In this document: piece by piece, positions 1 to 11,058 of the stretch
Numbering within the stretch: the stretch's first letter is position 1
Layout: each line of letters opens with the position of its first letter
NCBI GenBank assembly: GCA_949290565.1
Contig: CASESH010000022.1
Location: 9-64,008 of the forward strand
Source of the DNA: an uncultured Christensenella sp.
GTDB taxonomy: Bacteria; Bacillota; Clostridia; Christensenellales; UBA1242
Length of the DNA stretch: 64,000 nucleotides
Reading direction: 5' to 3'
Notes under the pieces: model-generated
What the model was told of the DNA's origin: nothing
What the model saw: only the letters and a program-made list of their open reading frames with translations
The model's database searches: none
Translations under genes and position numbers: made by a program

Positions 1-173
1 AATCTATTTTGTGAGAAGTTGTTACAACAACAGTTGCTATGGTTATTGTTCCCATATCCTTGTAATGCTAAGAGTAAAAGTAGTAAAAAGTTGGTGTTTG
101 TATTTAGATTTGTGTCAGTTGTACTAGTAAAAATTGAAATGAGTAAAACTAAAAGTACATAGTTTGTATCCAT
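1..173 (-). CDS. hypothetical protein, N-terminal part only (runs off the left edge)
   Basis: Hand translation of the reverse strand. ATG (complement of 171-173) is preceded by AAGGAGG (complement of 180-186) and the frame stays open to position 1: MDTNYVLLVLLISIFTSTTDTNLNTNTNFLLLLLLALQGYGNNNHSNCCCNNFSQNR. It is absent from the ORF track because it is truncated. Confidence 0.4.
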   Translation of the reverse strand, partial: MDTNYVLLVLLISIFTSTTDTNLNTNTNFLLLLLLALQGYGNNNHSNCCCNNFSQNR

Positions 174-295
174 AATAAACCTCCTTAATAAAACAAATTT
201 TGTTATTATAAAGTGTTTTTATCTAAAAATCGCAATTTTATACTTTTGTATTATTTTTTTAATTATTTTATAATTTTCTAAGGAGTTATTTTATA

Positions 296-640
296 ATGAA
301 AGACCAACAATATACGATTATTGATAAAAATACTTTAACTAATCTGCAATATTATATGCCAGAAAATCAAACTTTGCGACAACTTGCTGATATTTTTAGT
401 ATTTTTGCTGACCAAACAAGGTTAAAAATTTTATCTGCTCTTGCTTTAAGTGAAATGTGTGTAACTGATTTATCTAAATATTTAAATATTAATCAAACTA
501 CAATAAGTCATCAATTAAGATTATTAAAGAACTGTAATGCTGTTGTTGATATTAGAAAAGGTAAAAACATAGTTTATTCACTTGGGAATGAACTTGTTAA
601 TAATATTATGTCTGATGGCGTTGATTATATTTTTGCTTAA
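296..640 (+). CDS. ArsR/SmtB-family winged-HTH transcriptional regulator
   Basis: Typical family core FADQTRLKILSAL...EMCVTDLSKYLNINQTTISHQLRLLKN...RKGKNIVYSL. AGGAG RBS lies upstream. Confidence 0.85.
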   Translation: MKDQQYTIIDKNTLTNLQYYMPENQTLRQLADIFSIFADQTRLKILSALALSEMCVTDLSKYLNINQTTISHQLRLLKNCNAVVDIRKGKNIVYSLGNELVNNIMSDGVDYIFA

Positions 641-712
641 ATATTTTATACTTTTAAAATATTTGTTTATTTTTCGTAATAATTATGTTATTATTTAGTT
701 AGGTAAAATATT

Positions 713-2527
713 ATGGATATAAAAGAAAAATTAAGCAAATTGCCACTTAGTCCAGGCGTTTATATTATGAAAGATAAGTTTGGCAACATAATTTATATTG
801 GTAAGGCTAAAAAACTTAAAAATAGGGTTAGTCAATATTTTATTAATAAAAATCACGAAGTAAAAGTAAAGACTATGGTTTCACAAGTTGCTGATTTTAA
901 TTATATTCTAACTAATTCTGAACTCGATGCCTTAGTTCTTGAATGTAATTTAATAAAAAAACATCAACCTTTTTATAATATTTTATTAAAAGATGGCAAG
1001 TCTTATCCATACATTAAATTAGATTTAAACGAAGATTTTCCTAAACTCGAAGTAGTTAGACAAATTAAGAAAGATAAGGCTAAATATTTCGGTCCTTATT
1101 TTGGTATTAATCCAGCAGAAATAGTTAAGGCAGTTAATTATGCTTATCCAATTAGAACTTGTGATAAGAAAATAAAGAATAATAATAAAATGAAAAAGGG
1201 ATGTTTAAACTATTCTCTTGGTTTGTGTTCTGCCCCTTGTATGTGCAAAATTACAAAAGAAGACTATGCAAAATACATTCCACATGTGAAAGATTTCTTG
1301 TATGGTAAAGATGACAGCGTTTACAACATTATTTGCAAAAAAATGGACCAGGCTGTTGAAATTGAGAATTTTGAACTTGCTATTAAACTTCGTGATTTAA
1401 AGTTTATGCTACTTAAACTAAGAGAAAGGGCTATTACTGCGCTTCCTACAACTTCTAATATTGATGTTTTTGGTATGGATAAAAATGATAATTTTTATGT
1501 TTTTTCTATCTTGATTATTAGACAGGGTAAAATGATGGGGGCTAAGTGTTATAGTTTTGATAATGTTCAAATAGATGATGAACAAATGCTTATTTCTTTT
1601 TTAACTCAATTTTATAATATTAATAAAATTCTTCCTGATAAAATTTTATTGCCGGTAAGTGTGGATTTAGATGATGCTTTATTTAAATCTTTAAGTGAAC
1701 AACTTGGGAAAAAGATGGAAGTTATTATTCCTTCAAAGGGAATTAATAAAAAACTTGTAGAACAGGCTAATTCTAATGCTAGGGAATATATGAATAAAAA
1801 TTGTGAGTTAGAGGAAAAGAAAAAGAAGAAAAAAATAGAGACTTTAAATAAAATAAAAGAAGTTCTAAATTTAAAAAATGTACCATTTAGAATTGAGTGT
1901 TATGATATTTCAAATATTTCTGGTACTAGTTCTGTTTGTAGTATGGTTGTCTTTTTAAATGGTAGTAAGGCTTCTAAACATTATAGAAAATTTAAAATTA
2001 AAAATGTTGTTGGCCCAAATGATTTCGAAAGTTTAAAAGAAAGTATAACTAGAAGACTTGAAAAGTTAAAAAGTGATGATATAAGTTTTTCAATGACACC
2101 AGATTTAATTGTTATTGATGGTGGAAAAGGACAAATTAATACTTGTAGAGATTTAATAAAGAGTTATAATCAAAATATAGATGTTATAAGTTTAGCAAAA
2201 AAACAAGAAGAAATTTTTGTTGAGGAAAATCCTCTTTCAGTCAAATTATCAAAAGATAGTGACGAATTAAAACTTTTGCAAAAAGTTAGAGATGAGGCTC
2301 ATAGATTTGCAATTACATTTCATAGAAAACTAAGAAAGAAAAAGCAAGTTTTAAGTATTTTAGATGAGATTGAGGGTTTAGGTAAAATAAAAAAAGAAAA
2401 TTTAATAGAAAAATTTAAAAGTGTTAAAAAAATGAAAAAGGCTAGTATTGATGATTTAATTCAAGTAAGTGGTATAACTCCTAAATTAGCCTTAGAAATT
2501 ATAAAAAAATTGCAAGAAATAGATTAA
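713..2527 (+). CDS. uvrC: excinuclease ABC subunit C
   Basis: N-terminal GIY-YIG motif (PGVYIMKD..GNIIYIGKAKKLKNRVSQYF), a UvrBC-like middle region and a C-terminal HhH-like tail. The 604-aa length is typical. Confidence 0.95.
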   Translation: MDIKEKLSKLPLSPGVYIMKDKFGNIIYIGKAKKLKNRVSQYFINKNHEVKVKTMVSQVADFNYILTNSELDALVLECNLIKKHQPFYNILLKDGKSYPYIKLDLNEDFPKLEVVRQIKKDKAKYFGPYFGINPAEIVKAVNYAYPIRTCDKKIKNNNKMKKGCLNYSLGLCSAPCMCKITKEDYAKYIPHVKDFLYGKDDSVYNIICKKMDQAVEIENFELAIKLRDLKFMLLKLRERAITALPTTSNIDVFGMDKNDNFYVFSILIIRQGKMMGAKCYSFDNVQIDDEQMLISFLTQFYNINKILPDKILLPVSVDLDDALFKSLSEQLGKKMEVIIPSKGINKKLVEQANSNAREYMNKNCELEEKKKKKKIETLNKIKEVLNLKNVPFRIECYDISNISGTSSVCSMVVFLNGSKASKHYRKFKIKNVVGPNDFESLKESITRRLEKLKSDDISFSMTPDLIVIDGGKGQINTCRDLIKSYNQNIDVISLAKKQEEIFVEENPLSVKLSKDSDELKLLQKVRDEAHRFAITFHRKLRKKKQVLSILDEIEGLGKIKKENLIEKFKSVKKMKKASIDDLIQVSGITPKLALEIIKKLQEID

Positions 2528-2609
2528 TTTTGCTATTTTTGTTTTACTTTTCTTAATAAATATTTTTTTTGATTATCATATTTTAATTGTCTTTTTCATA
2601 TATATCTTT

Positions 2610-3704
2610 ATGAAAATTAAAAACATTAAAACAATATTTTCTAAAAAAGTTTTAAAAATTATATTTATTATTTCTAGTTTTTTGTTTTTAATTATTTCAC
2701 CTTTTTATGTATTTGATAAATCTAGATACAGTTTAGATTTAAATAATTTATTTACTCAGGATAAATCATCAAAAGTTGTATTAAATATTTTTCATATTGA
2801 GACTTTTGAAGGAGGAACAAATTCTCGTAGTAAGTATTTAGAAGAAATTGCACTAAATTTTAACAAGTCAAATAAAAATTGTTTTATTGTAATTAAAACT
2901 TTAACGCCTGAGCAATTAATTCTTAATTTGCAAGAGAACAACATTCCTGACTTGTTTTCTTTTGGTGTTGGTGTAGGGGAATATTTAAAAGGATTTTTAA
3001 CTGAACTTGATAATAATTCAAATATAAGAAGTGATTTAATTGAGTATGGAAAGTTAGAAGATAAAATTTATGCTTATCCTTATATTTTGTCAGGATATTG
3101 TTTAATTTCTTATAGTGAATTTATTGAAAGTTCATCAAGTGATTTAAACTCTTTAATAACAAATAAAGTAAAAGATAAAAAAGAATTTAGCGGGTTATCT
3201 ATTCAAAAAGGTGGCTATACTTTACCTATTTCTGTACTTGTTAAAAATAATATTAATTTAGTTAAAGATAATTATTTAACATTTTCAAGTGGTTATGAAA
3301 CATATAAAAATTTCATTTCAAAAAATTCAGTTACTTTACTTGGAACTGCGAGGGATTTGGCAAGATGTAAAAATAGAGAAAGTATGGGTAATATAAATAG
3401 TTTACAATATAATTTCCTAGGTGGATATTCCGACCTTATTCAATATATTGGTGTTGTGGATACTAAAAATTCAATAAAAATGATTTATGCTAAAAATTTT
3501 GCAAAATATTTAACTAGTCAAACTAGTCAAAATTGTCTTAATAAATTTGGATTATTTAGTGTTAATAACTTATTTATTTATGAGAATGATTATATGTCCT
3601 TATTTGAAAAAACTCTTAAAGAAGATTTGTCTTCATTAAATGCTTTTATTTCAAAAGATGAACTAATTACATTAGAAAATAGTTACTTTTCTAAGACTGT
3701 TTAG
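2610..3704 (+). CDS. hypothetical membrane-anchored extracytoplasmic protein
   Basis: One N-terminal hydrophobic helix (VLKIIFIISSFLFLIISPFYVF) followed by a soluble domain. I recognise no family motif. Confidence 0.55.
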   Translation: MKIKNIKTIFSKKVLKIIFIISSFLFLIISPFYVFDKSRYSLDLNNLFTQDKSSKVVLNIFHIETFEGGTNSRSKYLEEIALNFNKSNKNCFIVIKTLTPEQLILNLQENNIPDLFSFGVGVGEYLKGFLTELDNNSNIRSDLIEYGKLEDKIYAYPYILSGYCLISYSEFIESSSSDLNSLITNKVKDKKEFSGLSIQKGGYTLPISVLVKNNINLVKDNYLTFSSGYETYKNFISKNSVTLLGTARDLARCKNRESMGNINSLQYNFLGGYSDLIQYIGVVDTKNSIKMIYAKNFAKYLTSQTSQNCLNKFGLFSVNNLFIYENDYMSLFEKTLKEDLSSLNAFISKDELITLENSYFSKTV

Positions 3705-3736
3705 ACATTTTTGAAAGTTATTACATATATGTATTT

Positions 3737-4651
3737 ATGAAAAGTAAAATTTCTCTCAATAAATTTATAAAACTGTTAAAGAATGATTTCCCAAATTTAA
3801 AAATAAAGCAAGATGAATACTTCAAACAGCATACTACATTTAAAATTGGTGGAAAAATATTTGCTCTTATTGAAATTGATAAAATAAATTTACTTTTAAA
3901 ATTATTAAAATATATAAATTTTTATAAAATACGATACTTTATTTTAGGTGCTGGTAGTAATCTTTTAGTTAATGATAAAAAGATGAATTTTATTGTTTTA
4001 AAAATAAAATTAAATAAAATTGAGAAAAGAAATAATGAAATTATATGCTCATCAGGTGTAAACATTTTTAAACTTAACCAATTTGCCATAAAAAATAATC
4101 TCGGAGGTTTAGAGTGGAGTTTTGGGATACCTGGCACCGTAGGTGGAGCAATTAAAATGAATGCCGGTTGTTTTGGTGGACAAATAAGTGATGTTGTTAA
4201 AACGGTTTATTATACTGATGGATATAAAATACATAAAAAATCTAATAGAAATTTGGAATTTAGTTATAGAAAAAGTTTTTTTTCAGATAAAAATTTTGTA
4301 ATTTTAAAAGTTGTTTTTGTTTTATATAATAAAAATATGGAAGAGATTAAACAAAATTGCTTTGAAAATTTAAAAAAAAGAAGATTGTCTCAGCCTTATA
4401 ATTATCCAAGTGCGGGAAGTGTTTTTAAAAGGTATAATAATTTTCCTGTTCCCATTTTAATTGAAAAATGCAACTTAAAAGGTTTAACATTTTGCGGTGC
4501 CCAAATTTCTAATAAGCATTGTGGATTTATTGTAAATATCAATAAGGCTAAATTTAATCATGTTTATAAATTAATTTTGAAAATTAAGAATACAATTTAT
4601 AAAAAATTTGGTATAATACTTGAAGAAGAAATTATCATAATAAAAAACTAA
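3737..4651 (+). CDS. murB: UDP-N-acetylenolpyruvoylglucosamine reductase
   Basis: FAD-binding motifs ILGAGSNLLV and GIPGTVGGAIKMNAG, plus PSAGSVFK. The 304-aa length is typical. Confidence 0.9.
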   Translation: MKSKISLNKFIKLLKNDFPNLKIKQDEYFKQHTTFKIGGKIFALIEIDKINLLLKLLKYINFYKIRYFILGAGSNLLVNDKKMNFIVLKIKLNKIEKRNNEIICSSGVNIFKLNQFAIKNNLGGLEWSFGIPGTVGGAIKMNAGCFGGQISDVVKTVYYTDGYKIHKKSNRNLEFSYRKSFFSDKNFVILKVVFVLYNKNMEEIKQNCFENLKKRRLSQPYNYPSAGSVFKRYNNFPVPILIEKCNLKGLTFCGAQISNKHCGFIVNINKAKFNHVYKLILKIKNTIYKKFGIILEEEIIIIKN

Positions 4652-4660
4652 GGAGAAATT

Positions 4661-5644
4661 ATGTCGTTTGCTCATGAAGCCAAATTGGAAGTTTTAGAAA
4701 GTCCTATCAAAAATGAATGTTGTAAGCAAGCTTTTTTATCAGCAGTTATTCATTCTTGTGGGGAGTTGATTAAAAGCGGAAAAGAAATTTATATTGAGTT
4801 AAAAACTGATTTAGATAAAGTTTTTGAGATTGTTAATGACTGTTTGCAAACTCTGTATGGTAAAAATGCAGAAATGTTTATTGATGAAGATAAGAATATT
4901 AATAAAGCAACAAGATATATTATAAAATTACCAAAAGATTGTACAAAAAGAATTTTATTTGATTGTGGCATTGCTAAGTTTAATATTGAAGATGAATTTT
5001 CGTTGATTAGTGGGTTAGATGAGCATATTATAGAAAATGAATGTTGTGCAAAAACTTATATTAAGGGAGTCTTTGCAACTGCTTCAACTTCAAATATAGT
5101 TTTGGAAGAAAAAAAGAGTAATAAAAGGTATTTTTCTGGTTATCATTGGGAGTTTGTTTTTAATAGAGAAGATTATGCTGATGATTTTTCCAATTTATTA
5201 TTTTCTTTCGGAATTACCAATAAGAAAAATCAAAGAAAAAATCTATTTATTCTTTATATTAAAGAGGCTGAAAAAGTAAGTGACTTATTTGCAATTGTTG
5301 GTGCATTTAAAAGTTTACTTAAACTACAAAATGAAATGACTGTTAGAGAAGTTAGAAATAATATTAATAGACAAAATAATTGTATAAATGCTAACATTAC
5401 TAAAACTGTCAATGCTAGTATTAAACAAATTAAAGCAATTAATATTATTAATGAAAGGTTAGGTTTTGATAAATTGCCTCAGAATTTAAGAGAATTATGT
5501 CTTGTTAGACTTGCTAATCCTGAGGAGTCGCTTGATAACTTGACAAAATTGCTATCTACCACTATAACTAAAAGTGGTATTAATCATCAATTTAATAGAC
5601 TTATTAAGATAGCAAAAAACTATGATGATAATTTAGAAGATTAA
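4661..5644 (+). CDS. whiA: DNA-binding protein WhiA
   Basis: N-terminus MSFAHEAKLEVL....NECCKQAFLSAVIHSCG matches the conserved WhiA start. It has a LAGLIDADG-like body and a C-terminal HTH region. Length 327 aa. Confidence 0.85.
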   Translation: MSFAHEAKLEVLESPIKNECCKQAFLSAVIHSCGELIKSGKEIYIELKTDLDKVFEIVNDCLQTLYGKNAEMFIDEDKNINKATRYIIKLPKDCTKRILFDCGIAKFNIEDEFSLISGLDEHIIENECCAKTYIKGVFATASTSNIVLEEKKSNKRYFSGYHWEFVFNREDYADDFSNLLFSFGITNKKNQRKNLFILYIKEAEKVSDLFAIVGAFKSLLKLQNEMTVREVRNNINRQNNCINANITKTVNASIKQIKAINIINERLGFDKLPQNLRELCLVRLANPEESLDNLTKLLSTTITKSGINHQFNRLIKIAKNYDDNLED

Positions 5645-5658
5645 ACAAAGGTTAAATT

Positions 5659-8600
5659 ATGAAAAATTTTGTACATTTACACGTTCATACTGAATATAGT
5701 TTGTTAGATGGTGCTGCAAAGATTACTGATTTAGTAAAAACTGTTAAAGAACAAGGTGCAAATGCCGTAGCAATTACAGACCACGGTACGATGGCAGGTG
5801 CCCTTCATTTTTTTACAGAATGTTATAAAAACAATATTAAGCCAATAATAGGCTGTGAATTTTATGTAACTTATGATAGATTTTTAAAACAGGGAAAAGC
5901 AGATAGTGCTCATTTAATTTTACTTGCAAAAAATAATGAAGGTTATCATAATTTATTAAAGTTAAATGCCATAGCAGCAAAAGAGGGATTCTATTATAAA
6001 CCTCGTATTGATTATGATATCCTAGAAAAGCACTCAAAAGGTATTATTTGTTTAAGCGCTTGTATAGTAGGACATATTCCTCAACTTTTGTTAAATAGGC
6101 AATATGATGAGGCTTTAAAACTAGGTCAAAGATTAAAAAGTATGTTTGATGAGGGAGATTTTTATATTGAACTACAAAATCATAGACTTCCTGAACAAAT
6201 TGAAATCTTGGAACCATTAAATAGATTGGCAAAAGATTTGGGTGTTAAAACTGTTGCTACAAACGATTGTCATTACATAAAAAAAGAAGATGCAAAAATG
6301 CAAGATGTAATGATGTGTATTCAAATGAACAAAACCTTAGATGATACAGATAGGTTAAAATTTGGAACTGATGAATTTTACGTCAAAAATCGTGAAGAAA
6401 TGGAAAATGTTTTAGGCGCCTATCCAGAAGCCCTAGATACAACTCAGGAAATAGCAGATAAGTGTTTGGTTACAATAAAGGCAAAAAGTCATAAAGAAAT
6501 ACCAAATTTACCCGAAGGTTGTACTTTAAGAGACAATGAGAATTTTATTCCTAAATATGTACCCGATGATGGACAAACTCCTTATGATTTTCTTAAAAAA
6601 TTGTGTTATGATGGTTTGGCAGATAGATATCCAAAAATTACTCCTGAAATTCAACAAAGAGCAGATTACGAACTTGATATAATAAAAGAACAAGGTTTTG
6701 TTGAATATTTCTTGGTTGTTTGGGATTATATTAATTATGCTAGAAAAAATAATATTCCTGTTGGACCAGGTAGAGGTAGTGGTGCTGGTAGTATTGTCGC
6801 TTATACTTCTGGGATTACTCGTGTTGACCCTATTAAATATAACTTACTCTTTGAAAGATTTATTCATAGAGAGAGAGTTTCTATGCCAGATTTTGACGTT
6901 GATTTTTGTTATGATAGACGAAACGAGGTCATTGAATATGCTAAAAGAAAATATGGTAAAGATAACGTTGCTTATATAGGAACATTTGGTACAATGGCTG
7001 CAAAGAATGCAATTAGAGATTGTGGCAGAGTAATGAGATTACCCCTTGTTGAAGTAAATAGAATTTGTAAAGAGATTCCTTTTAAATTGCCTGATGGAAT
7101 TAAAAAACCTCCGGTTTTAAAGTATTATTTTGGATTAACAGGTAAAGAGGAAAATGAAAAATTTATTATTCCATCTTTAAGACAAATGTATGATGAAGAT
7201 GAAAATATTAGAAAAGTTATTGATATGAGCGTTAAACTCGAAGGAATGCCAAGACAGAGTTCAACCCACGCCTGTGGTATTTTAATAGCACCTGCTTCGG
7301 TTGATGAATTTGTTCCTTTGCTTAGAAATGGTGATGAAATCGCTACGCAATATTCCATGATAGAACTTGAAGATTTGGGCCTGCTAAAAATGGATTTTTT
7401 AGGATTAAGAACTCTTACAGATATAGATAAAACCTTAAAACTTGTAAAAAAAATACATAATAAAGATATAGATTTCTATAACATGGAATATAATGATCAA
7501 AATGTTTTTAAACTTATTTCTTCGGGAAATACCGACGCTGTCTTTCAACTTGAAAGTGGTGGAATGAAAAAGTTTATGAAAAAGTTAAAGCCGGACAATT
7601 TGGAAGATATTATTGCTGGTATTTCTCTTTATCGTCCAGGTCCTATGAAATATATTGATGATTATGTTAAAAATAAACATAATCCAGAAAATATAAAATA
7701 TGATGACCCTTGTTTGAAACCTATATTGGAAGCAACCTATGGCATAATAGTTTACCAAGAACAAGTTATGCAAATTGTTCAAGCAATGGGTGGGTATTCA
7801 TTGGGACAGGCAGATATGGTTAGAAGAATAATGGGCAAGAAGAAAGTTGAAAAAATGGCTGCTGAAAAGGAAAAATTTATTTATGGTTGGAAAGACCCAA
7901 ATGGAGTCAAAAGTATTGATGGAGCATTAAAAAAAGGTATTTCAGAGGAAGTTGCAAGAAAAGTATTTGCCGATATGGAAGATTTTGCAAAATATGCTTT
8001 TAATAAATCTCATGCCGCTGCATATGCTTATTTGTCATATCAAACTGCTTATTTAAAAACTTATTATCCTGTTGAGTTTTTGGTTGCTGTTTTAAATAAT
8101 AGAATAACAACTATTGATGAAATAAAAAAATATATAATTTATGCTAAACAACAAAATATGGAAGTTCTTCCTCCTAATATAAATAAAAGTCAAACTTATT
8201 TTAGTGTTGAAGATAACAAAATAAGATTTGGACTTGCTGCTCTTAAAAATGTTGGGGTAGCAGTTGTCGAGGAAGTTATAAAAAATAGAGATGAGTTTGG
8301 AGAATTTAAAGATTTACATGACTTTATTGAAAGGACTCAGAGTCTAGGTGTAAACAAGAGGACAATTGAAAGTTTTATTTTAAGTGGTGCTTTTGATTGC
8401 TTTGGAGCATATAGAGCACAACTTATGAGTATTTACGAATCTATAATTGATGTCGTAACGAAAGACATTAAAAGTAAAGCAACAGGACAGTTTAGTCTTT
8501 TTGATGATGTTTCTTTAAGTCAAGAAAATTTTATAAAATTACCAGATATTAAAGAATACTCTAAGCAGACTAAATTAAAGTTCGAAAAACAAGTGCTTGG

Positions 8601-9264
8601 CATGTATTTATCAGGTCATCCTCTTGACAATTATTTAGATGAATTCAATAAATTTTCTTTCAATTCAAGTATGATTCATAATGAGTCAAATGAAGATGAT
8701 TTAGAGGAATCACAAGAATTCCAGATGGAAGAAGATATTATTCAAAATGATATGGTTGTTGAATGTGGTGGCAGTATTGAAGAAATTTCTAAAAAGGTCT
8801 CTAAGAAAAATAACAAAGAAATAGCAATCTTAAAAGTTGAAGATTTGTATGGGACTTTTGAGGTTATGCTTTTCTCAAAAGTTTATGAAAAGTTCAGGTC
8901 TAAATTACAAGAGGATACGCTTATTAAAATTCATGGTAAAACTTCTATTAAAGATGGTTTTGATTTAATAATAATCGCTGATAGTATTTCTCTGCTTGGA
9001 GATAATAGTTCGCCTGAACAAGTTATAAATGAAAAAAGTAATGATAAAACACAAACTTTATATTTAAAATATGATACGCAAGATGGCGTAATGCACTTAA
9101 ATATTATGTCAATTATGAAAAACTATCCCGGGAAAACTCCTGTCATTATTAGATGTTCTTCAACGAATAAGGCTTTTAAAATAAATTTAATGGTAAATAC
9201 TAACAATTATCTCATGAATGAACTTAACTCACTTTTAAGTGAAGAAAATATAAAATTAATTTAA
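5659..9264 (+). CDS. dnaE: DNA polymerase III alpha subunit
   Basis: PHP domain start FVHLHVHTEYSLLDGA, GPGRGSGAGS motif, polymerase core and OB-fold region. Length 1201 aa. Confidence 0.95.
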   Translation: MKNFVHLHVHTEYSLLDGAAKITDLVKTVKEQGANAVAITDHGTMAGALHFFTECYKNNIKPIIGCEFYVTYDRFLKQGKADSAHLILLAKNNEGYHNLLKLNAIAAKEGFYYKPRIDYDILEKHSKGIICLSACIVGHIPQLLLNRQYDEALKLGQRLKSMFDEGDFYIELQNHRLPEQIEILEPLNRLAKDLGVKTVATNDCHYIKKEDAKMQDVMMCIQMNKTLDDTDRLKFGTDEFYVKNREEMENVLGAYPEALDTTQEIADKCLVTIKAKSHKEIPNLPEGCTLRDNENFIPKYVPDDGQTPYDFLKKLCYDGLADRYPKITPEIQQRADYELDIIKEQGFVEYFLVVWDYINYARKNNIPVGPGRGSGAGSIVAYTSGITRVDPIKYNLLFERFIHRERVSMPDFDVDFCYDRRNEVIEYAKRKYGKDNVAYIGTFGTMAAKNAIRDCGRVMRLPLVEVNRICKEIPFKLPDGIKKPPVLKYYFGLTGKEENEKFIIPSLRQMYDEDENIRKVIDMSVKLEGMPRQSSTHACGILIAPASVDEFVPLLRNGDEIATQYSMIELEDLGLLKMDFLGLRTLTDIDKTLKLVKKIHNKDIDFYNMEYNDQNVFKLISSGNTDAVFQLESGGMKKFMKKLKPDNLEDIIAGISLYRPGPMKYIDDYVKNKHNPENIKYDDPCLKPILEATYGIIVYQEQVMQIVQAMGGYSLGQADMVRRIMGKKKVEKMAAEKEKFIYGWKDPNGVKSIDGALKKGISEEVARKVFADMEDFAKYAFNKSHAAAYAYLSYQTAYLKTYYPVEFLVAVLNNRITTIDEIKKYIIYAKQQNMEVLPPNINKSQTYFSVEDNKIRFGLAALKNVGVAVVEEVIKNRDEFGEFKDLHDFIERTQSLGVNKRTIESFILSGAFDCFGAYRAQLMSIYESIIDVVTKDIKSKATGQFSLFDDVSLSQENFIKLPDIKEYSKQTKLKFEKQVLGMYLSGHPLDNYLDEFNKFSFNSSMIHNESNEDDLEESQEFQMEEDIIQNDMVVECGGSIEEISKKVSKKNNKEIAILKVEDLYGTFEVMLFSKVYEKFRSKLQEDTLIKIHGKTSIKDGFDLIIIADSISLLGDNSSPEQVINEKSNDKTQTLYLKYDTQDGVMHLNIMSIMKNYPGKTPVIIRCSSTNKAFKINLMVNTNNYLMNELNSLLSEENIKLI

Positions 9265-9276
9265 AAGGAATTTGCT

Positions 9277-10248
9277 ATGAGTGTAAAAAAAATTGCAATT
9301 TTAACTAGTGGTGGAGATTGCCAGGGGATGAACGCTCTTATAAACATTCTAGTGAGAGTGGCTAATGAAAGACAAATAGATGTCCTTGGTGTGATGAATG
9401 GTTATAAGGGTTTATGTCAAGATGATTTTATAAAATTAGATAACTTTGTTGTAGAAAATATAACTTCTCTTGGTGGCACAATTTTAAAAACATCTAGGTA
9501 TTTAGACTTTAAAAAAGATGAAGTTGTTAAATTAGGTGTTAAAAATTTATCTAAAAGAAAAGTTGATGCTTTAATTGTTATAGGCGGAGATGGTTCATTT
9601 AAAGGCGCCATGGCTCTTTCTAAGTTTGGGGTAAAAATTATTTGTATTCCAGCAACAATTGACAATGATTTGAGATACACTTCTAGATGTTTAGGTTTTG
9701 ATACTGCTGTAAATAACGCTGTTAAATATATTGAAAATGTAGAGCAAACAATGGAAGCCTTAAATAGAGGCGTTGTAATTGAAGTTATGGGTAGATATTG
9801 TGGTGATATCGCACTGTATTGTGCTGTTTCTACCGCTTGTGATGTAATTGCACTTCCTGAGAATCCAATAAATCAAGAGGAACTACTAGATAGAGTGAAA
9901 TACTGTATTGAAGTAAAGAAAAAAATCCCTGTTGTCGTTGTAGCTGAAAAAATGTTTGATGTTAAGGAAATTGCTAAAATTCTTTCAGAAGAAACAAATA
10001 TAGAGTTTAAATATTCTGTCGTTGGGTACATTCAAAGAGGGGGAAGCCCATCAGTTGCCGATAAGGCTTTGGCTATGCAATTTGGGGTTAAGGCCATAGA
10101 ACTTGTTGAAAATGGAATCTTTGGAAAGGCTTTGGGTTTTAAGGATAATAAGATATTTGATCTAGATTTGTTTGATGCTTTAAATAGTGATTATAATTTT
10201 AATTATGAATTATTAAATTTGTTTTATTTATTAAACTATAAGAAGTAA
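9277..10248 (+). CDS. pfkA: ATP-dependent 6-phosphofructokinase
   Basis: IAILTSGGDCQGMNA, VIGGDGSF, PATIDND, EVMGRYCGD and GYIQRGG motifs. Confidence 0.95.
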   Translation: MSVKKIAILTSGGDCQGMNALINILVRVANERQIDVLGVMNGYKGLCQDDFIKLDNFVVENITSLGGTILKTSRYLDFKKDEVVKLGVKNLSKRKVDALIVIGGDGSFKGAMALSKFGVKIICIPATIDNDLRYTSRCLGFDTAVNNAVKYIENVEQTMEALNRGVVIEVMGRYCGDIALYCAVSTACDVIALPENPINQEELLDRVKYCIEVKKKIPVVVVAEKMFDVKEIAKILSEETNIEFKYSVVGYIQRGGSPSVADKALAMQFGVKAIELVENGIFGKALGFKDNKIFDLDLFDALNSDYNFNYELLNLFYLLNYKK

Positions 10249-10396
10249 TACTAAAAATAAAGTCCATTAATTAACTTTTATATTATGTTTAAAATACTCA
10301 ATCTAAACTAATGAAAAGTAAAACTAAAGATTTACATTTAGTTTTTACTTATAAACTTATAGAGTTAAAAATAAAATTAAATTATTAATTTATAAA

Positions 10397-10660
10397 TTAT
10401 TCCTCGGCTATGTTTTCAAAAATTAAATATTCAAAGTTTATTTTATCAATAAAATCATCTTTTTTAAAGATTGCGTTATTAAAAGATACAAAATCATTTA
10501 AATGTTTTGACAATATAAGTGGAGTTTCTATATCAAGATTATGACAAATTTCTGTTGCGTAATTATAAAATTCATTTATATTAAATATTTCATCTTTTTG
10601 CAAGACATAACTTTTAATTATTTTACTTTTTTTCATAGTTTTTGCCCAAATTTTAATCAT
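10397..10660 (-). CDS. hypothetical small protein (87 aa)
   Basis: Intact ORF with AGAGG RBS on the minus strand. No recognisable motif. Confidence 0.5.
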   Translation of the reverse strand: MIKIWAKTMKKSKIIKSYVLQKDEIFNINEFYNYATEICHNLDIETPLILSKHLNDFVSFNNAIFKKDDFIDKINFEYLIFENIAEE

Positions 10661-10963
10661 AATTAACCTCTTTTAGGTTAGTATATCAAAAACAAAGATT
10701 TAACAAAACAAAAATAGTAATTTTGTAGCATAAATTAATTTTATTATCATATAATTGATATAAAAAGAATTTAATAAAATTCTTACTAAATAATTTAAAA
10801 GAATATATTTTATTAAAAACTTTTTTTAAAAACATACTATTACAAGATTTTAATTCTATCAATTTTAACTAATTTTTTGTATTAACAAAAAACTTAAACG
10901 TAAGTCTTAATATATAGTTTTTTTATTTGTATGTTTTGTTGTAAGCAAACTGTTCAAATATTC

Positions 10964-10991
10964 TTGACATTATTTTTTTTATGACTATAAT
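10964..10991 (+). promoter_or_regulatory. consensus sigma-A-type promoter upstream of greA
   Basis: Perfect TTGACA (10964-10969), a 16-nt spacer, then perfect TATAAT (10986-10991). It lies about 120 nt upstream of the greA start. Confidence 0.6.
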
Positions 10992-11058
10992 CTCTAAAAA
11001 TATTTAAATGTTTTAAGCATTATAATATTTAAGCCAAATTTAATAAAAAATAAAATGT

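Noticed and set aside
10316-10350. Hairpin between pfkA and the convergent 87-aa gene, considered as a terminator.
   Set aside because: The stem is almost pure A-T with a bulge and has no clear T-run on either strand. The evidence is too weak to list as a feature.
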